Shown here in pieces: positions 9,458 through 19,326 of a stretch of DNA of 58,589 bases (positions are counted from its first letter, which is position 1; each line of letters starts with the position of its first letter). The notes below the pieces were generated by a model that saw only the letters and a program-made list of their open reading frames with translations, was not told the origin of the DNA and did not search any database. The stretch comes from Holophagales bacterium UBA5704 (lineage in GTDB: Bacteria; Acidobacteriota; Thermoanaerobaculia; Multivoradales; UBA5704): positions 4,229-62,817 of the forward strand of contig DIHE01000067.1 in NCBI GenBank assembly GCA_002420005.1, in the 5' to 3' direction. Both the position numbers and the translations under genes were made by a program.

Positions 9458-9535
9458 ATTTTCGCCGGCGAAAATGCCCGACTCCCTTCCCGCCGCCCCC
9501 GCGTCCCCGCCAGCCCGATTTTCGCCGGCGAAAAT
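9458..9535. promoter_or_regulatory. Two perfect 18-bp palindromes ATTTTCGCCGGCGAAAAT (candidate parS/operator)
   Basis: Copies at 9458-9475 and 9518-9535, exactly 60 bp apart. Confidence 0.6.
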
Positions 9536-10043
9536 ACCCGCGGCTCTTCCCCTCCTCATGGCTCTGCTGGGGCTCTTCACGCTGCTGGTCCCCCGGACGC
9601 TGCGCGTCAACGTCACGCCTTCGGTCCCCCTGGGGATCTACCGCATCGTCGAGGCACCCGCGCGCCGTGGCTCCCTGGTGGAGATCTGTCTTCCTCCCGG
9701 GCTTGCCTCTCTCGCTCTGCGCCGCGGCTATACCGGGCATGGCCCTTGTCCAGGAGGGACCCGTCCGCTCCTCAAGATCGCGCTCGCTTTTGCGGGTGAC
9801 CGGATCGTGCTCACCCGGCTCGGCGTGGCGAAGGACGGCCTGCTCCTGCCGACCTCCGCTCCTCGCTCCACCGACTCCCGCGCGCGCCCCCTGCCCAGGC
9901 TTCGCCTTGGCCTTCACCGACTCCCGCCCGGCAGTGTCTGGCTCTACGGCCCGCATCCCCGCTCGTTCGACTCCCGCGTCTTCGGCCCTGTCTCGATCGA
10001 CCTCCTCAGAAACGCTCTCGCCCCTCTTTGCACGACGCCATGA
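9474..10043 (+). CDS. traF: Conjugative S26 peptidase TraF (pilin processing)
   Basis: VNVTPSVPLGIYR, CPGGTRPLLK, SFDSRVFGPV; start may be 9558. Confidence 0.88.
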   Translation: MPDSLPAAPASPPARFSPAKIPAALPLLMALLGLFTLLVPRTLRVNVTPSVPLGIYRIVEAPARRGSLVEICLPPGLASLALRRGYTGHGPCPGGTRPLLKIALAFAGDRIVLTRLGVAKDGLLLPTSAPRSTDSRARPLPRLRLGLHRLPPGSVWLYGPHPRSFDSRVFGPVSIDLLRNALAPLCTTP

Positions 10044-11977
10044 CCACCACCGACCTCTACCGGCTCCCCGGGTCTACCACGCTGCGCGGCTTCGCCCTGC
10101 AAAGCTTCGCAGGCGTCCTCGTCTCGTTCGGCCTCGTCCTCGTGCTCCTCGCGCAGCACTTCGCGCGCCAGCTCGCCTTTCACCCGCTTCTCGGCCGTCC
10201 GATTCTCCCAGCCGCGGTAGTTCCTCTCCCGGTGATCAGCATGCTTGCAGCGGGCGCCGTCGCCTGCCTTCTCCTGCGCCCGCTGCGCCCCTTCTCCCTG
10301 GTGCTCCTTCCCGCGGCGGTGCTCGCCGCCATTGTGGGAGATCCGGTCTACTCCCCCCTCCACCTCTTCGCCTGGTTGATCCGGCTGCGCCACTTCCAGA
10401 CGACGGCACCGCTCTGCCAGAGCGTTTCCCGATGGGTCTTCCTCGCCGGAGCCGTGCACGCCGGAGCCTTCCTCGCCCTCCTGCTCGCCGGCAGCCGCCG
10501 GCTGGCCGGCGACTTCGACATTCACGGCTCCGCCCGCTGGGCGCGTCGCGCCGAGGTGGCCCGTGCCGGGCTCCTGCAACACCCGACCTCCGGCGACATC
10601 GCCGGCCCGCCCGGGCTCTTCCTCGGTTTCTGGCCGGATCGACGAGGCAAGCTCCCGCTCTACGACGACGGCCCTCACCACACCTTTGTTTTCGCTCCGA
10701 CCCGAAGCGGCAAAGGCGTCGGCCTCGTCGTTCCCAACCTGCTCCTGTGGCGGGGTTCCGTCGTGGTCTGTGACATCAAGGGGGAGAACTACGCCCTGAC
10801 CGCCGGCTTCCGCCACCGCGAGCTCAACAACGCGATCCTTCGCTACGACCCCACGTGGCCCCACAGCTCGCGCTGGAACCCCCTGCAAGAAGTCCGGCTC
10901 GGCGACTACGAGGTCCGCGATGCCCAGAACATCGCCGACATCCTCGTCGATCCCAACGGCGACAAGCTCCGCGATCACTGGGACCGTACCGCTCACGCGC
11001 TGTTGACGGCCCTCATTCTCCATGTCCTCTACGCCGAAGAGGACAAGACGCTGCGCGGCTGCGCCGTCGCCCTGTCGCAGCCGGGCAAGGACGTCTTGAC
11101 CACCTTCCGCGACATGCTCCGCACGCCCCACCTGCCGACCGGACCTCACCCCCTCGTCGCCTCGATCGCCCAGTCCCTTCTCGACAAATCCGACGACGAG
11201 CGTTCCGGGGTCGTCTCGACCACCCTCTCGTTTCTCGATCTCTACCGGGACCCCCTGATCGCCCAGGCCACCGCGACGAGCGACTTTCGCCTGACCGATC
11301 TCATGCAGGCGGATCAGCCGGTCTCGCTCTATCTGACCATCCCCGCCTCCGATCTCTCCCGCACCCGCCCCCTCGTCCGGCTCCTCCTGAATCTCCTTTG
11401 CCGGCGGCTCACGGAGGTCCTGGAGTTTCGCGACGGACAGCCCGTCGCCCACTACCGCCACCCTCTGCTTCTCCTGCTCGACGAGTTTCCCGCTCTCGGC
11501 CGCCTGCCGTTTTTCTCCGAGTCGATCGCCTACCTCGCCGGCTACGGCATCCGGTGTCTCCTCGTGACGCAGGACCTGTCCCAACACCAAGGCGTCTATG
11601 GGAAATCCGAATCGATCGTCTCCAACTGCTCGGTGCGCATCGCCTACACCCCGAACAAGCCCGAAACCGCCGAGCTGCTCTCGCTCATGACCGGCCAGAT
11701 GACCGTCCATCACACCCGCGTTTCGCGGCGACTCGGCGGACCTCTCTCCGCTTCACAGACCGCCACTCCTTCTGAGACGCAGCGCCGGCTCCTGACGCCC
11801 GATGAGGCTCTGCGGCTCCCTGCCGACCAGGCTCTGGTTTTCGTGACCGGTCTGCCGCCGCTTCTCACCTTGCGTGCCCGCTACTTCGAGGATCGCGAAT
11901 TGCTCCGGCGTGCTCGCATCCCTCCACCCGATCGGCCGGCGCAGCTACGTGGCGGGAAAATCGGCTATGGAAGCTGA
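10040..11977 (+). CDS. traG: Type IV coupling protein TraG/VirD4
   Basis: HGSARWA, APTRSGKGVG, DIKGEN, LLDEFPALG. Confidence 0.95.
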   Translation: MTTTDLYRLPGSTTLRGFALQSFAGVLVSFGLVLVLLAQHFARQLAFHPLLGRPILPAAVVPLPVISMLAAGAVACLLLRPLRPFSLVLLPAAVLAAIVGDPVYSPLHLFAWLIRLRHFQTTAPLCQSVSRWVFLAGAVHAGAFLALLLAGSRRLAGDFDIHGSARWARRAEVARAGLLQHPTSGDIAGPPGLFLGFWPDRRGKLPLYDDGPHHTFVFAPTRSGKGVGLVVPNLLLWRGSVVVCDIKGENYALTAGFRHRELNNAILRYDPTWPHSSRWNPLQEVRLGDYEVRDAQNIADILVDPNGDKLRDHWDRTAHALLTALILHVLYAEEDKTLRGCAVALSQPGKDVLTTFRDMLRTPHLPTGPHPLVASIAQSLLDKSDDERSGVVSTTLSFLDLYRDPLIAQATATSDFRLTDLMQADQPVSLYLTIPASDLSRTRPLVRLLLNLLCRRLTEVLEFRDGQPVAHYRHPLLLLLDEFPALGRLPFFSESIAYLAGYGIRCLLVTQDLSQHQGVYGKSESIVSNCSVRIAYTPNKPETAELLSLMTGQMTVHHTRVSRRLGGPLSASQTATPSETQRRLLTPDEALRLPADQALVFVTGLPPLLTLRARYFEDRELLRRARIPPPDRPAQLRGGKIGYGS

Positions 11978-12023
11978 CCCACAGCCGCGGCGGCGAGAGG
12001 GAGGGGGAGGGAAAAGAAGGGGC

Positions 12024-12058
12024 TTGACAGTTTCTGCTCGGTTCACTACGTTTGTAGT
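12024..12058 (+). promoter_or_regulatory. Sigma70-like trb promoter overlapped by palindrome ACTACGTTTGTAGT
   Basis: TTGACA (12024)-17 bp-TACGTT; palindrome at 12045-12058; ATG at 12061 suggests a leaderless transcript. Confidence 0.7.
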
Positions 12059-12060
12059 AG

Positions 12061-13032
12061 ATGAGCCACGATCCTCAGACCATCCGCGGCGAGCGCCTGC
12101 GCTCCATGCTGGCCTTCGAGCTCGGCCCCCAGATCCGGGAGGCCCTCGCCGACCCCGAGGTGCTTGACCTGGTCCTCAATCCCGACGGCTCCTTGTGGAA
12201 AGCCACGGCGTTTGGAATGACACCTCTTTCCGGTGGTGCCATGGAACCGAGCGCCGCCGAGGCTCTCATTTCAACCGTCGCCTCCCTCCTCGAAAAGGTT
12301 GTGACAGCCGATCAGCCGATCCTCGAAGGAGTCCTCCCTTTCAGCGACGACCTGCGCTTCACCGGAGTTCTCCCGCCGGTGTCCGACTCTCCGCTCTTCG
12401 CCATCCGGAAAAGGGCCTCGCGCATTTTCGATCTCGAGACCGACTATCTCCGCAAGGGGCTTCTCGCCCCAGAGGATGCGGCGACCCTGCGCAGGTTCCT
12501 GATCGAACGCCGCAACATCCTGGTTTCCGGTGGGACCGGATCGGGCAAGACCTCTCTGGTCAACGCGCTGCTGCGCGAGATCGAGCTGCTCTGTCCGGGT
12601 ACCCGCTGCGCGCTCCTCGAAGATACGGCAGAGCTCTACGTGCCCTCCGCCAACTCGTTCCGGCTGCTCGCGACTCCGAGCACCTCGATCGTCGTTCTGC
12701 TGCGCACGGTGTTGCGTCTCCTGCCTGACCGCATCGTCGTCGGAGAGGTGCGGGGCGCCGAGGCGCACACCCTCCTCAAGGCGTGGAACACCGGGCATCC
12801 CGGAGGGCTTGCGACCGTCCACGCCAACAGCGCACCCGAGGCGTTTCTCCGCCTCGACCAACTGATCCAGGAGGCCGGAGTCCCCTCGCAAGCCGCCTTG
12901 ATCGCACAGACCGTTCACCTCGTCGTTCATCTGGCCGGCCGCGGCTCGCAGCTTCGCGTCCGAGACCTCGTCCAGGTCGAGGGGCTCGGCCCGGACGGCT
13001 TTCAACTCCGCTCCTTGAGGAACCACTCATGA
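12061..13032 (+). CDS. trbB: TrbB/VirB11 ATPase
   Basis: GGTGSGKT, PDRIVVGEVRG, WNTGHPGG. Confidence 0.95.
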   Translation: MSHDPQTIRGERLRSMLAFELGPQIREALADPEVLDLVLNPDGSLWKATAFGMTPLSGGAMEPSAAEALISTVASLLEKVVTADQPILEGVLPFSDDLRFTGVLPPVSDSPLFAIRKRASRIFDLETDYLRKGLLAPEDAATLRRFLIERRNILVSGGTGSGKTSLVNALLREIELLCPGTRCALLEDTAELYVPSANSFRLLATPSTSIVVLLRTVLRLLPDRIVVGEVRGAEAHTLLKAWNTGHPGGLATVHANSAPEAFLRLDQLIQEAGVPSQAALIAQTVHLVVHLAGRGSQLRVRDLVQVEGLGPDGFQLRSLRNHS

Positions 13033-13328
13033 AAAAGGCAGCCCAGCTTCTCCTGCTCTCCCTTCTCATCGCGGCGCCGGCCGCCGCCAGCACCGGGGGC
13101 GCGTCCATGCCCTGGGATACCGCCCTCCAGGCCCTGGTCGACAACCTGAGCGGCACCGTCGTCCACCTGGTGCTTCTGGGGCTCATGGCGATCGCCGGCA
13201 TCGTCTGGGCCGCGAGCGACCACGCGCAGGGCATCCGCCGCCTCTCACAGATCATCTTCGGCGGTGCGCTGGCCGTCGAGGCCGTGGCCATCCTCTCAAC
13301 CTTCGGGCTCGGCGGGGCCGTCCTCTGA
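13029..13328 (+). CDS. trbC: TrbC/VirB2 pilin
   Basis: Signal peptide, MPWDTALQ, two hydrophobic helices. Confidence 0.85.
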   Translation: MKKAAQLLLLSLLIAAPAAASTGGASMPWDTALQALVDNLSGTVVHLVLLGLMAIAGIVWAASDHAQGIRRLSQIIFGGALAVEAVAILSTFGLGGAVL

Positions 13329-13633
13329 TGAGTCACCCGGTCCATCCTTCGCTCACCCGTCCCGTCCTCTTTGGCGGAGCAGAACGCGAGCTGGCGATCC
13401 TTGAGGGCACCCTCATCGCCGCGCTCCTCTTCGGCGTCGGCCTGCATGGCCTTACCGTCGCCATCGCCGCCCTGATCGCTTTCGGCGTCCATCCGCTCCT
13501 TGTCCTCGCCGCGAAGAACGACGCGCAGATGTTCCGGATCTACCTGAGGAGCATCGCCCACCAGGACGCCTATCTCGCGCGGGCTCACCCGAGCGCGCCC
13601 GCCTTCCGCTGCCTGCCGTGGCCGCCTCTTTGA
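13328..13633 (+). CDS. trbD: TrbD/VirB3
   Basis: VHPSLTRPVLFGGAERE...AKNDAQMFRIY. Confidence 0.9.
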   Translation: MSHPVHPSLTRPVLFGGAERELAILEGTLIAALLFGVGLHGLTVAIAALIAFGVHPLLVLAAKNDAQMFRIYLRSIAHQDAYLARAHPSAPAFRCLPWPPL

Positions 13634-13646
13634 GCCGGAGAATCGC

Positions 13647-16082
13647 TTGATCCTGCGCGACTATCGCCGCTCGTATCGAGGTCTCGCCGACCTCCTCAAC
13701 TGGGGAGCCCTCGTCGGCGACGGAGTGATTCTCAACAAGGATGGATCACTCCTCGCCGGCTGGAAGTACCGCGGCCCGGACTTCGAGTCCGCGACGCCGG
13801 ACGAGCTCGCCCACCTCTCGAACACCCTCAACCGCGCCCTTCACCTGCTCGGCGATTCGTGGATGGTTCACCTCGACGCCATCCGCTACCCGTCGGATCA
13901 ATTTCCGCCGCCGTCTCCGTTTCCCCATCCGGTCTTTCAATTGATCGACCAGGAACGGCGCGACCAGTACCACCAGCCGGCGCTGAATCTCGAGACCTCC
14001 CTCGTCTGCATCGTCACTTTTCTGCCGCCACCGGACGTGACCAGCGGATTCCTGAAGTACCTCGTCCGCGGCCGGGAGGACTCCCAGCCCTGGCAGGAGA
14101 TTCTCCGCGCGTTCGAGCACCGCCTCGAAGAGACGGCCGGCGTCCTGTCGAGCGCCTTCGAGCTGCAGCGGCTCGACTCGCCGGCCCTCCTGCGCCACCT
14201 GCACACCTGCCTGACCGGTCTCTCCCATCCGGTGGGCCTTCCCGAGGTGCCTTGCTACCTCGACGTCCTGCTCGCCACGGCGGATCTCGTCGGCGGTTTC
14301 GAGCCTCGAATCGGCTCCATGCACCTCTCGGTTCTCGGAGTCACCGGCTTCCCGTCCTCGACGATCCCCGCGCAGGTCGGCAAGCTCCTCTCGTTCGGCT
14401 TCCCGTTCCGTTGGAGCAACCGGTTCCTGCCGCTCGATCCGCCGACCGCGGCCCGCCACATCTCCCGCTTCCGCAGGAGCTGGTTCCAGCGCCGCTTCGG
14501 CCTGCGCGATCTCCTCAAAAGCGCCATGTCGCAGGAGAAGACCGACGATCGCTCTGGAGACCGCGACGCCCTCCGGATGATCGAGGACGCCGACGAAGCG
14601 CTCGGCGTGGCGTCGGCCGATCAGGTCCGCTTCGGCTATCACACGGCGGCTCTCGTTCTCTTCGACGAGAATCCGGTCCGGCTCCGCACCAATGCGCAGG
14701 AAGCTTTACGGGCGCTGCGTTCTCTCGGGTTCGGAGCACAGATCGAGACGGTCAACGCAGTCGAGGCCTACCACGGCAGCCTGCCCGGCCATGCCTTCCC
14801 CAATGTGAGGAGACCGCTCCTCACCTCCGAGAACTGCGGCGACATCGCGGCGACCACCTCCATCTGGTCCGGCGATCCGGTCTCCCCGAACCCGTTCCTC
14901 CCTCCCGGCTCGCCGGCTCTCCTCTGGGCGGCGACCGGCGGCTCGACGCCTTTCCGGCTGAACCTCCACTCGGGCGATGTCGGCCACACCCTCATCGTCG
15001 GCCCTACGGGCGCCGGCAAGAGCGCCCTCGTCGCCCTTCTCGAAGCGCAGTTCTTCCGTTACCCGAACGCCCAGGTCTTCGTCTTCGACAAGGGTTACTC
15101 CTCTCTGCCTCTCGCTCTCGCGACCGGCGCACGCCACTACGATCTCGCGGCCGAGAACCTGGACGAGCACCGCTTCTCCCCGCTGCGCGACGTGCACGTT
15201 GAGTCCGAGCGTTCGTGGATTCTCCTCTGGCTCGAACAGCTCCTCGTTCTCCAGGGGTTCGCGGTCACCACGCAGCACCGCAACACGCTTCAGAAGGCTC
15301 TGGAGCTGCTCGCCCAGGGACCGTCCCGTACCCTCACCCAGTTCCTGACCAAGGTCATGAGCCAGCCGCTGCGCGAGGCGCTGCGCCCCTACTCGCTACT
15401 CGGCCCCTACCGGGCGACGTTCGACGCCGACGACGAGCCGTCTCTCGACGCTTCGTTCCAGGTGTTCGAGATGTCCCACGTCCTGGAGCTGGACGACAAG
15501 TTTGTCGTGCCCCTTCTCCTGCTCCTCTTCCACCGCCTCGAAGCCCGCCTCGACGGCCGGCCCACCCTCATCGTCCTCGAAGAGGCCTGGACGTATCTTG
15601 CACACTCCCTTTTCGCCGATCGAATTCAGATGTGGCTGCGCGAGCTGCGCAAGAAGAACGCTTCCGTCGTCTTCGTCACCCAGGCCCTCGCCGACCTCGA
15701 ACAGTCGCCGCTGCGCTCGGTGCTCTATGAATCCTGCCCGACCCGGATTCTTCTGCCGAACGCCGACGCCCTCTCGCCGACCGGCTCTCCCGTCTACCGC
15801 GGGATCGGCTTGAACGACCGGCAGATCGAGCTGCTCGCCCGGGCTACCCGCAAACGCGACTACTACGTCCTTTCTCCCGAGGGCCGGCGTCTGATCGACC
15901 TGACGCTCGGCCCCGTCGCCCTCTCGTTCGTCGGCGCCGCCTCGAAGCCCGATCTCGCCACGATCCGGCAGCTTCAGGCCGCGCACGGCGAGGCTTGGCC
16001 AACCCATTGGCTCCAGGCCCGCAACCTTCCCGACGCCGCCCGCCGCTTCACCCAACTGCTCGCCGAAAGGAGCTTCTCGTGA
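13647..16082 (+). CDS. trbE: TrbE/VirB4 ATPase
   Basis: LNKDGSL, DVGHTLIVGPTGAGKS, FDKGYS, LEEAW, LRKKNASV. Confidence 0.95.
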   Translation: MILRDYRRSYRGLADLLNWGALVGDGVILNKDGSLLAGWKYRGPDFESATPDELAHLSNTLNRALHLLGDSWMVHLDAIRYPSDQFPPPSPFPHPVFQLIDQERRDQYHQPALNLETSLVCIVTFLPPPDVTSGFLKYLVRGREDSQPWQEILRAFEHRLEETAGVLSSAFELQRLDSPALLRHLHTCLTGLSHPVGLPEVPCYLDVLLATADLVGGFEPRIGSMHLSVLGVTGFPSSTIPAQVGKLLSFGFPFRWSNRFLPLDPPTAARHISRFRRSWFQRRFGLRDLLKSAMSQEKTDDRSGDRDALRMIEDADEALGVASADQVRFGYHTAALVLFDENPVRLRTNAQEALRALRSLGFGAQIETVNAVEAYHGSLPGHAFPNVRRPLLTSENCGDIAATTSIWSGDPVSPNPFLPPGSPALLWAATGGSTPFRLNLHSGDVGHTLIVGPTGAGKSALVALLEAQFFRYPNAQVFVFDKGYSSLPLALATGARHYDLAAENLDEHRFSPLRDVHVESERSWILLWLEQLLVLQGFAVTTQHRNTLQKALELLAQGPSRTLTQFLTKVMSQPLREALRPYSLLGPYRATFDADDEPSLDASFQVFEMSHVLELDDKFVVPLLLLLFHRLEARLDGRPTLIVLEEAWTYLAHSLFADRIQMWLRELRKKNASVVFVTQALADLEQSPLRSVLYESCPTRILLPNADALSPTGSPVYRGIGLNDRQIELLARATRKRDYYVLSPEGRRLIDLTLGPVALSFVGAASKPDLATIRQLQAAHGEAWPTHWLQARNLPDAARRFTQLLAERSFS

Positions 16083-16828
16083 AGTCCAAAGCCCGTGTCC
16101 CGGTCGTCCTCGCAGCCCTCCTGACCGCTTTGCTGCTCGGCTCCGCCGCACCCGCGGATGCCACCGTTCCCGTCTACGACTACGTCAACTGGATCCTCAG
16201 CTATTACCAGCGGTTCGAGCAGATCACCAACCAAGCGCGCCAGATTGCCAACCAGGTCCGCCAGATCCAGCATGCCGCAAAGGCCCTCGAGTCCTTCGGG
16301 GACGCCGACTGGTCTCACTTCGACTTCCGCGATCTCGAAGCTCTCCTCGCCTACGGGGAACACCTCGGTTACCTCAACAGCTCCGTGGGCGCTCTCTTTG
16401 ATCAGACCTTCCCGGGCTATGAGCGGCCGGAGTCATGGCCCGATGAGTTTCAGCTCCGCGTGGGCCGGACGCGGGAGACGCTACGGCTGATCAACCGTTC
16501 CCTGCGCACCCTCTCCGATGCCGACTCGCCCGTCGACTTCCTGGCCCTTCTGCAGCGGCGCTCCGAGACCGCGGACTCACCGGTCGAGGAGCTCGAGACC
16601 GCCAACATGTACGCCAACTACTCCCTCGTCCACCTGCAGCGGGCGATCCAGGCGAACCTCCTGACCGCCAACACCATCGCCGTCGCGCAGGCCGAAGACC
16701 TCCAGATGCAGGCCTCCATCGAGGCAGCCCGCAATGGCTGGGTCACGCGAGACCCCGTTCCCCTCATTGAGGACGACGGCCCCGGATTCACCGGCGTGCC
16801 GGCCGGCTGGACCTATTCGGTCTTCTGA
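16079..16828 (+). CDS. trbJ: TrbJ/VirB5-like protein
   Basis: Signal peptide, PVYDYVN, QITNQARQIANQ; lies between trbE and trbL. Confidence 0.75.
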   Translation: MKSKARVPVVLAALLTALLLGSAAPADATVPVYDYVNWILSYYQRFEQITNQARQIANQVRQIQHAAKALESFGDADWSHFDFRDLEALLAYGEHLGYLNSSVGALFDQTFPGYERPESWPDEFQLRVGRTRETLRLINRSLRTLSDADSPVDFLALLQRRSETADSPVEELETANMYANYSLVHLQRAIQANLLTANTIAVAQAEDLQMQASIEAARNGWVTRDPVPLIEDDGPGFTGVPAGWTYSVF

Positions 16829-16851
16829 ATCCTTCGCCGAGGCCTCTACGC

Positions 16852-17682
16852 ATGTTTCTCGATCTCGGCATTCTCAACGACGTCCTCGATGCGTTCCAGC
16901 AGGCGACCGCCGGTTGGGTCTTCACCCTCTACGGCGTCAGCGTCCATCTCTTCTTCCTTCTGGGGTCCCTGGAGCTCACCTGGAGCGGCATCCGGTACGC
17001 CCTCTCCTCGCACGACTCCGGCCTCTTCGGATTCTTCGAGCTGGCCTTTCGCAAGCTTTTCTACCTCGGATTTGTGTTCTGGCTCCTGGAGGCCGCTCCT
17101 GCCCTCACCCCCCTCATCATCAGCAGCTTCCAGAAGGCCGGCGGCCTGGCATCCGGTACGACGGCACTGCGCCCCTCGACGTTCCTCGCCACCGGTGTCG
17201 CCATCGCCGCCGACTACATCTCCCAGATGAACCTTCTCGGCCTCCTTCTCGATCCGTTCGCCGTCTTGATCGCCGCCATTGGGGTCTTTCTGATCGTCTT
17301 GTCGTTCGCCGCGATGGCCGCCATCATCACCGTCACCCTGGTGGAGAGCTACCTCGCGATCGGCGCTAACTTCATCCTGCTCGCCTTCGCCGCCTCGCGC
17401 TGGACGGCCGGAATTGCCCAGGGCGCCGTCACCAACGTCCTGCGGATCGGGGTCAAGCTCTTCGTCCTCTACCTCGTCTCCGCCGTCGTGGCAGGTCTGA
17501 CCCAGGGATGGGCCGACCTCGTCAATTCCTCCGACTGGTTCGTCGGCCCGTTCAACCTTCTCACCCTCGTCGGAACCTCCGTCATTCTGGCTCTTCTCCT
17601 CTGGCTCATTCCGACCTATGCCGCCCGCATTGTGCCCGCCGGGCTCACTCTCGGCCTTTCGCCGTCCGTCGGTGACAACTGA
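16852..17682 (+). CDS. trbL: TrbL/VirB6
   Basis: Polytopic membrane protein; LVESYL...FAASRWT. Confidence 0.85.
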   Translation: MFLDLGILNDVLDAFQQATAGWVFTLYGVSVHLFFLLGSLELTWSGIRYALSSHDSGLFGFFELAFRKLFYLGFVFWLLEAAPALTPLIISSFQKAGGLASGTTALRPSTFLATGVAIAADYISQMNLLGLLLDPFAVLIAAIGVFLIVLSFAAMAAIITVTLVESYLAIGANFILLAFAASRWTAGIAQGAVTNVLRIGVKLFVLYLVSAVVAGLTQGWADLVNSSDWFVGPFNLLTLVGTSVILALLLWLIPTYAARIVPAGLTLGLSPSVGDN

Positions 17683-18353
17683 TGTCGCACCGATCCCCCG
17701 AGAACCCCTTCCTGCGCGCCCGCGACGAGTGGGACAACCGGCTCATGGACCTTGCGACCAGCCGGTACAACTGGATGCTCTTCGCGACCGCGCTCTTCGT
17801 CCTCGACGCCCTCCTGTGCGGTGCGCTCGTCTGGCAGGCCGGCCGCTCCAAGGTCGTCCCCTACGTCGTCGAGGTCGACCGCCACGGCCAGGCCGTGGCC
17901 TTCGGCCCGGCCGAGGTCCTCGCAAAGCCCCAGGAAAGGCTCTACCGCTACTTCCTGTCCGTCCTGATCCGCGACCTGCGCACCGTCTCCCCCGACCCCC
18001 AGGCCCAGCGCCGGGCCTTGAACAACGCCTACACCTTCCTGCGCGAGCCCGCGACCAGCCGGGCGAGCGACTACTTCCGCCACCACAACCCGTTCGAGCC
18101 CGAACGGGCTGCCACCACCGTCCAGGTCACGTCCGTTCTCCAGATCGCCGACACCACCTGGCAGATCCAGTGGACCGAGACCTCGTTCAGCCGCGACGGC
18201 CGCCGGCTCAAAGAAGAGCTCTGGCAGGCCGTCGTCAAGACCGTCTGGACGCCCCCCACCACCAGCGAGGCTCTGCTCGCGAATCCCCTCGGCCTGTTCG
18301 TCGAGCAGCTCGACTGGACGCGCATCCGCACCACGACCGACAACACACCCTGA
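17682..18353 (+). CDS. trbF: TrbF/VirB8
   Basis: NPFLRARDEWD, VVPYVVEVD, NPLGLFV. Confidence 0.92.
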   Translation: MSHRSPENPFLRARDEWDNRLMDLATSRYNWMLFATALFVLDALLCGALVWQAGRSKVVPYVVEVDRHGQAVAFGPAEVLAKPQERLYRYFLSVLIRDLRTVSPDPQAQRRALNNAYTFLREPATSRASDYFRHHNPFEPERAATTVQVTSVLQIADTTWQIQWTETSFSRDGRRLKEELWQAVVKTVWTPPTTSEALLANPLGLFVEQLDWTRIRTTTDNTP

Positions 18354-18363
18354 AAGGAAACCC

Positions 18364-19326
18364 ATGATCCGAACGCTGTCTGCCGCCGTCTTCTCCCTCG
18401 TCCCTCTGCTCGCGCCGCCGGATGCGATCATTGAGGACCTCGCCCGAACCGCCGCGTCCCCTCCGCCGGTCTCGGCGCCTGCTCCGGCGCCCGCTGCCGG
18501 TTCGACCGAGGTCCCGGCCCTTGCCACTCCGCCTCCCAACCCCCGGCAGGAGGCGCTCGACACCTACCGGGAGACCGGCGTCGCCCCCGTCCTCTACCTG
18601 ACCAACGAGATCGTCCACCCCTGGGGCCAGACGGTTCCGACCCTGACCTGTGCCCCGCTCAACATCTGTTCGATCGATCTCCAGGCGGGGGAGAAGATCC
18701 AGGACATCGCCGCCGGAGATCCGGTGCGCTGGCAGATCGCGACCGCGACCTCCGGCGAGCCCGCGACGCCTCATCTCATCGTCAAGCCGACCGAGTTCGA
18801 CCTTGCGACGAACCTCCTCGTCACCACCCAGCGGCGGCTCTATACCGTCGAGCTGCGCTCTCCGTCGCGCGCCGAGGCGCGCAAGCCCGGCTTCCGCATC
18901 GACCGCTCGCTCTCGTTCTATTACCCCGAAGACTTCGTCCGGACCCTGAAGGCGGAGGACGCGGCGGCGGCGAATGCCGCAGAGGCCACGCAGCGGCTGA
19001 CGCTCGCCGAGCTTTCGACCGATCTCTCCGGCTTGAACTTCGACTATCGCCTCTCGCCGGCTCGCGCCAAGCGCCCGCTTCGCGTCTTCGACGACGGCCA
19101 CCGAACCTATCTGCAGCTCCGCAATCCCGGCGAGGCCGGCGACGCGCCCGCTCTCCTCGCTCTGACCCAGGACGGCAAGCCGATCGCCGTCAACTTCCGT
19201 CCGTCTCCGGACGGCGCCTGGTACATCGTCGACGGCGTCTTCCCGCGCCTTCGGCTGATCACCCGCGCCGGCCGGCACGACCAGAAGGTCACCCTGATCA
19301 ATCGCCACCTGGGAGAGGCGCGATGA
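18364..19326 (+). CDS. trbG: TrbG/VirB9
   Basis: IDLQAGE, AGDPVRW, TNLLVTTQRRLY, VFDDGHRTY. Confidence 0.9.
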   Translation: MIRTLSAAVFSLVPLLAPPDAIIEDLARTAASPPPVSAPAPAPAAGSTEVPALATPPPNPRQEALDTYRETGVAPVLYLTNEIVHPWGQTVPTLTCAPLNICSIDLQAGEKIQDIAAGDPVRWQIATATSGEPATPHLIVKPTEFDLATNLLVTTQRRLYTVELRSPSRAEARKPGFRIDRSLSFYYPEDFVRTLKAEDAAAANAAEATQRLTLAELSTDLSGLNFDYRLSPARAKRPLRVFDDGHRTYLQLRNPGEAGDAPALLALTQDGKPIAVNFRPSPDGAWYIVDGVFPRLRLITRAGRHDQKVTLINRHLGEAR

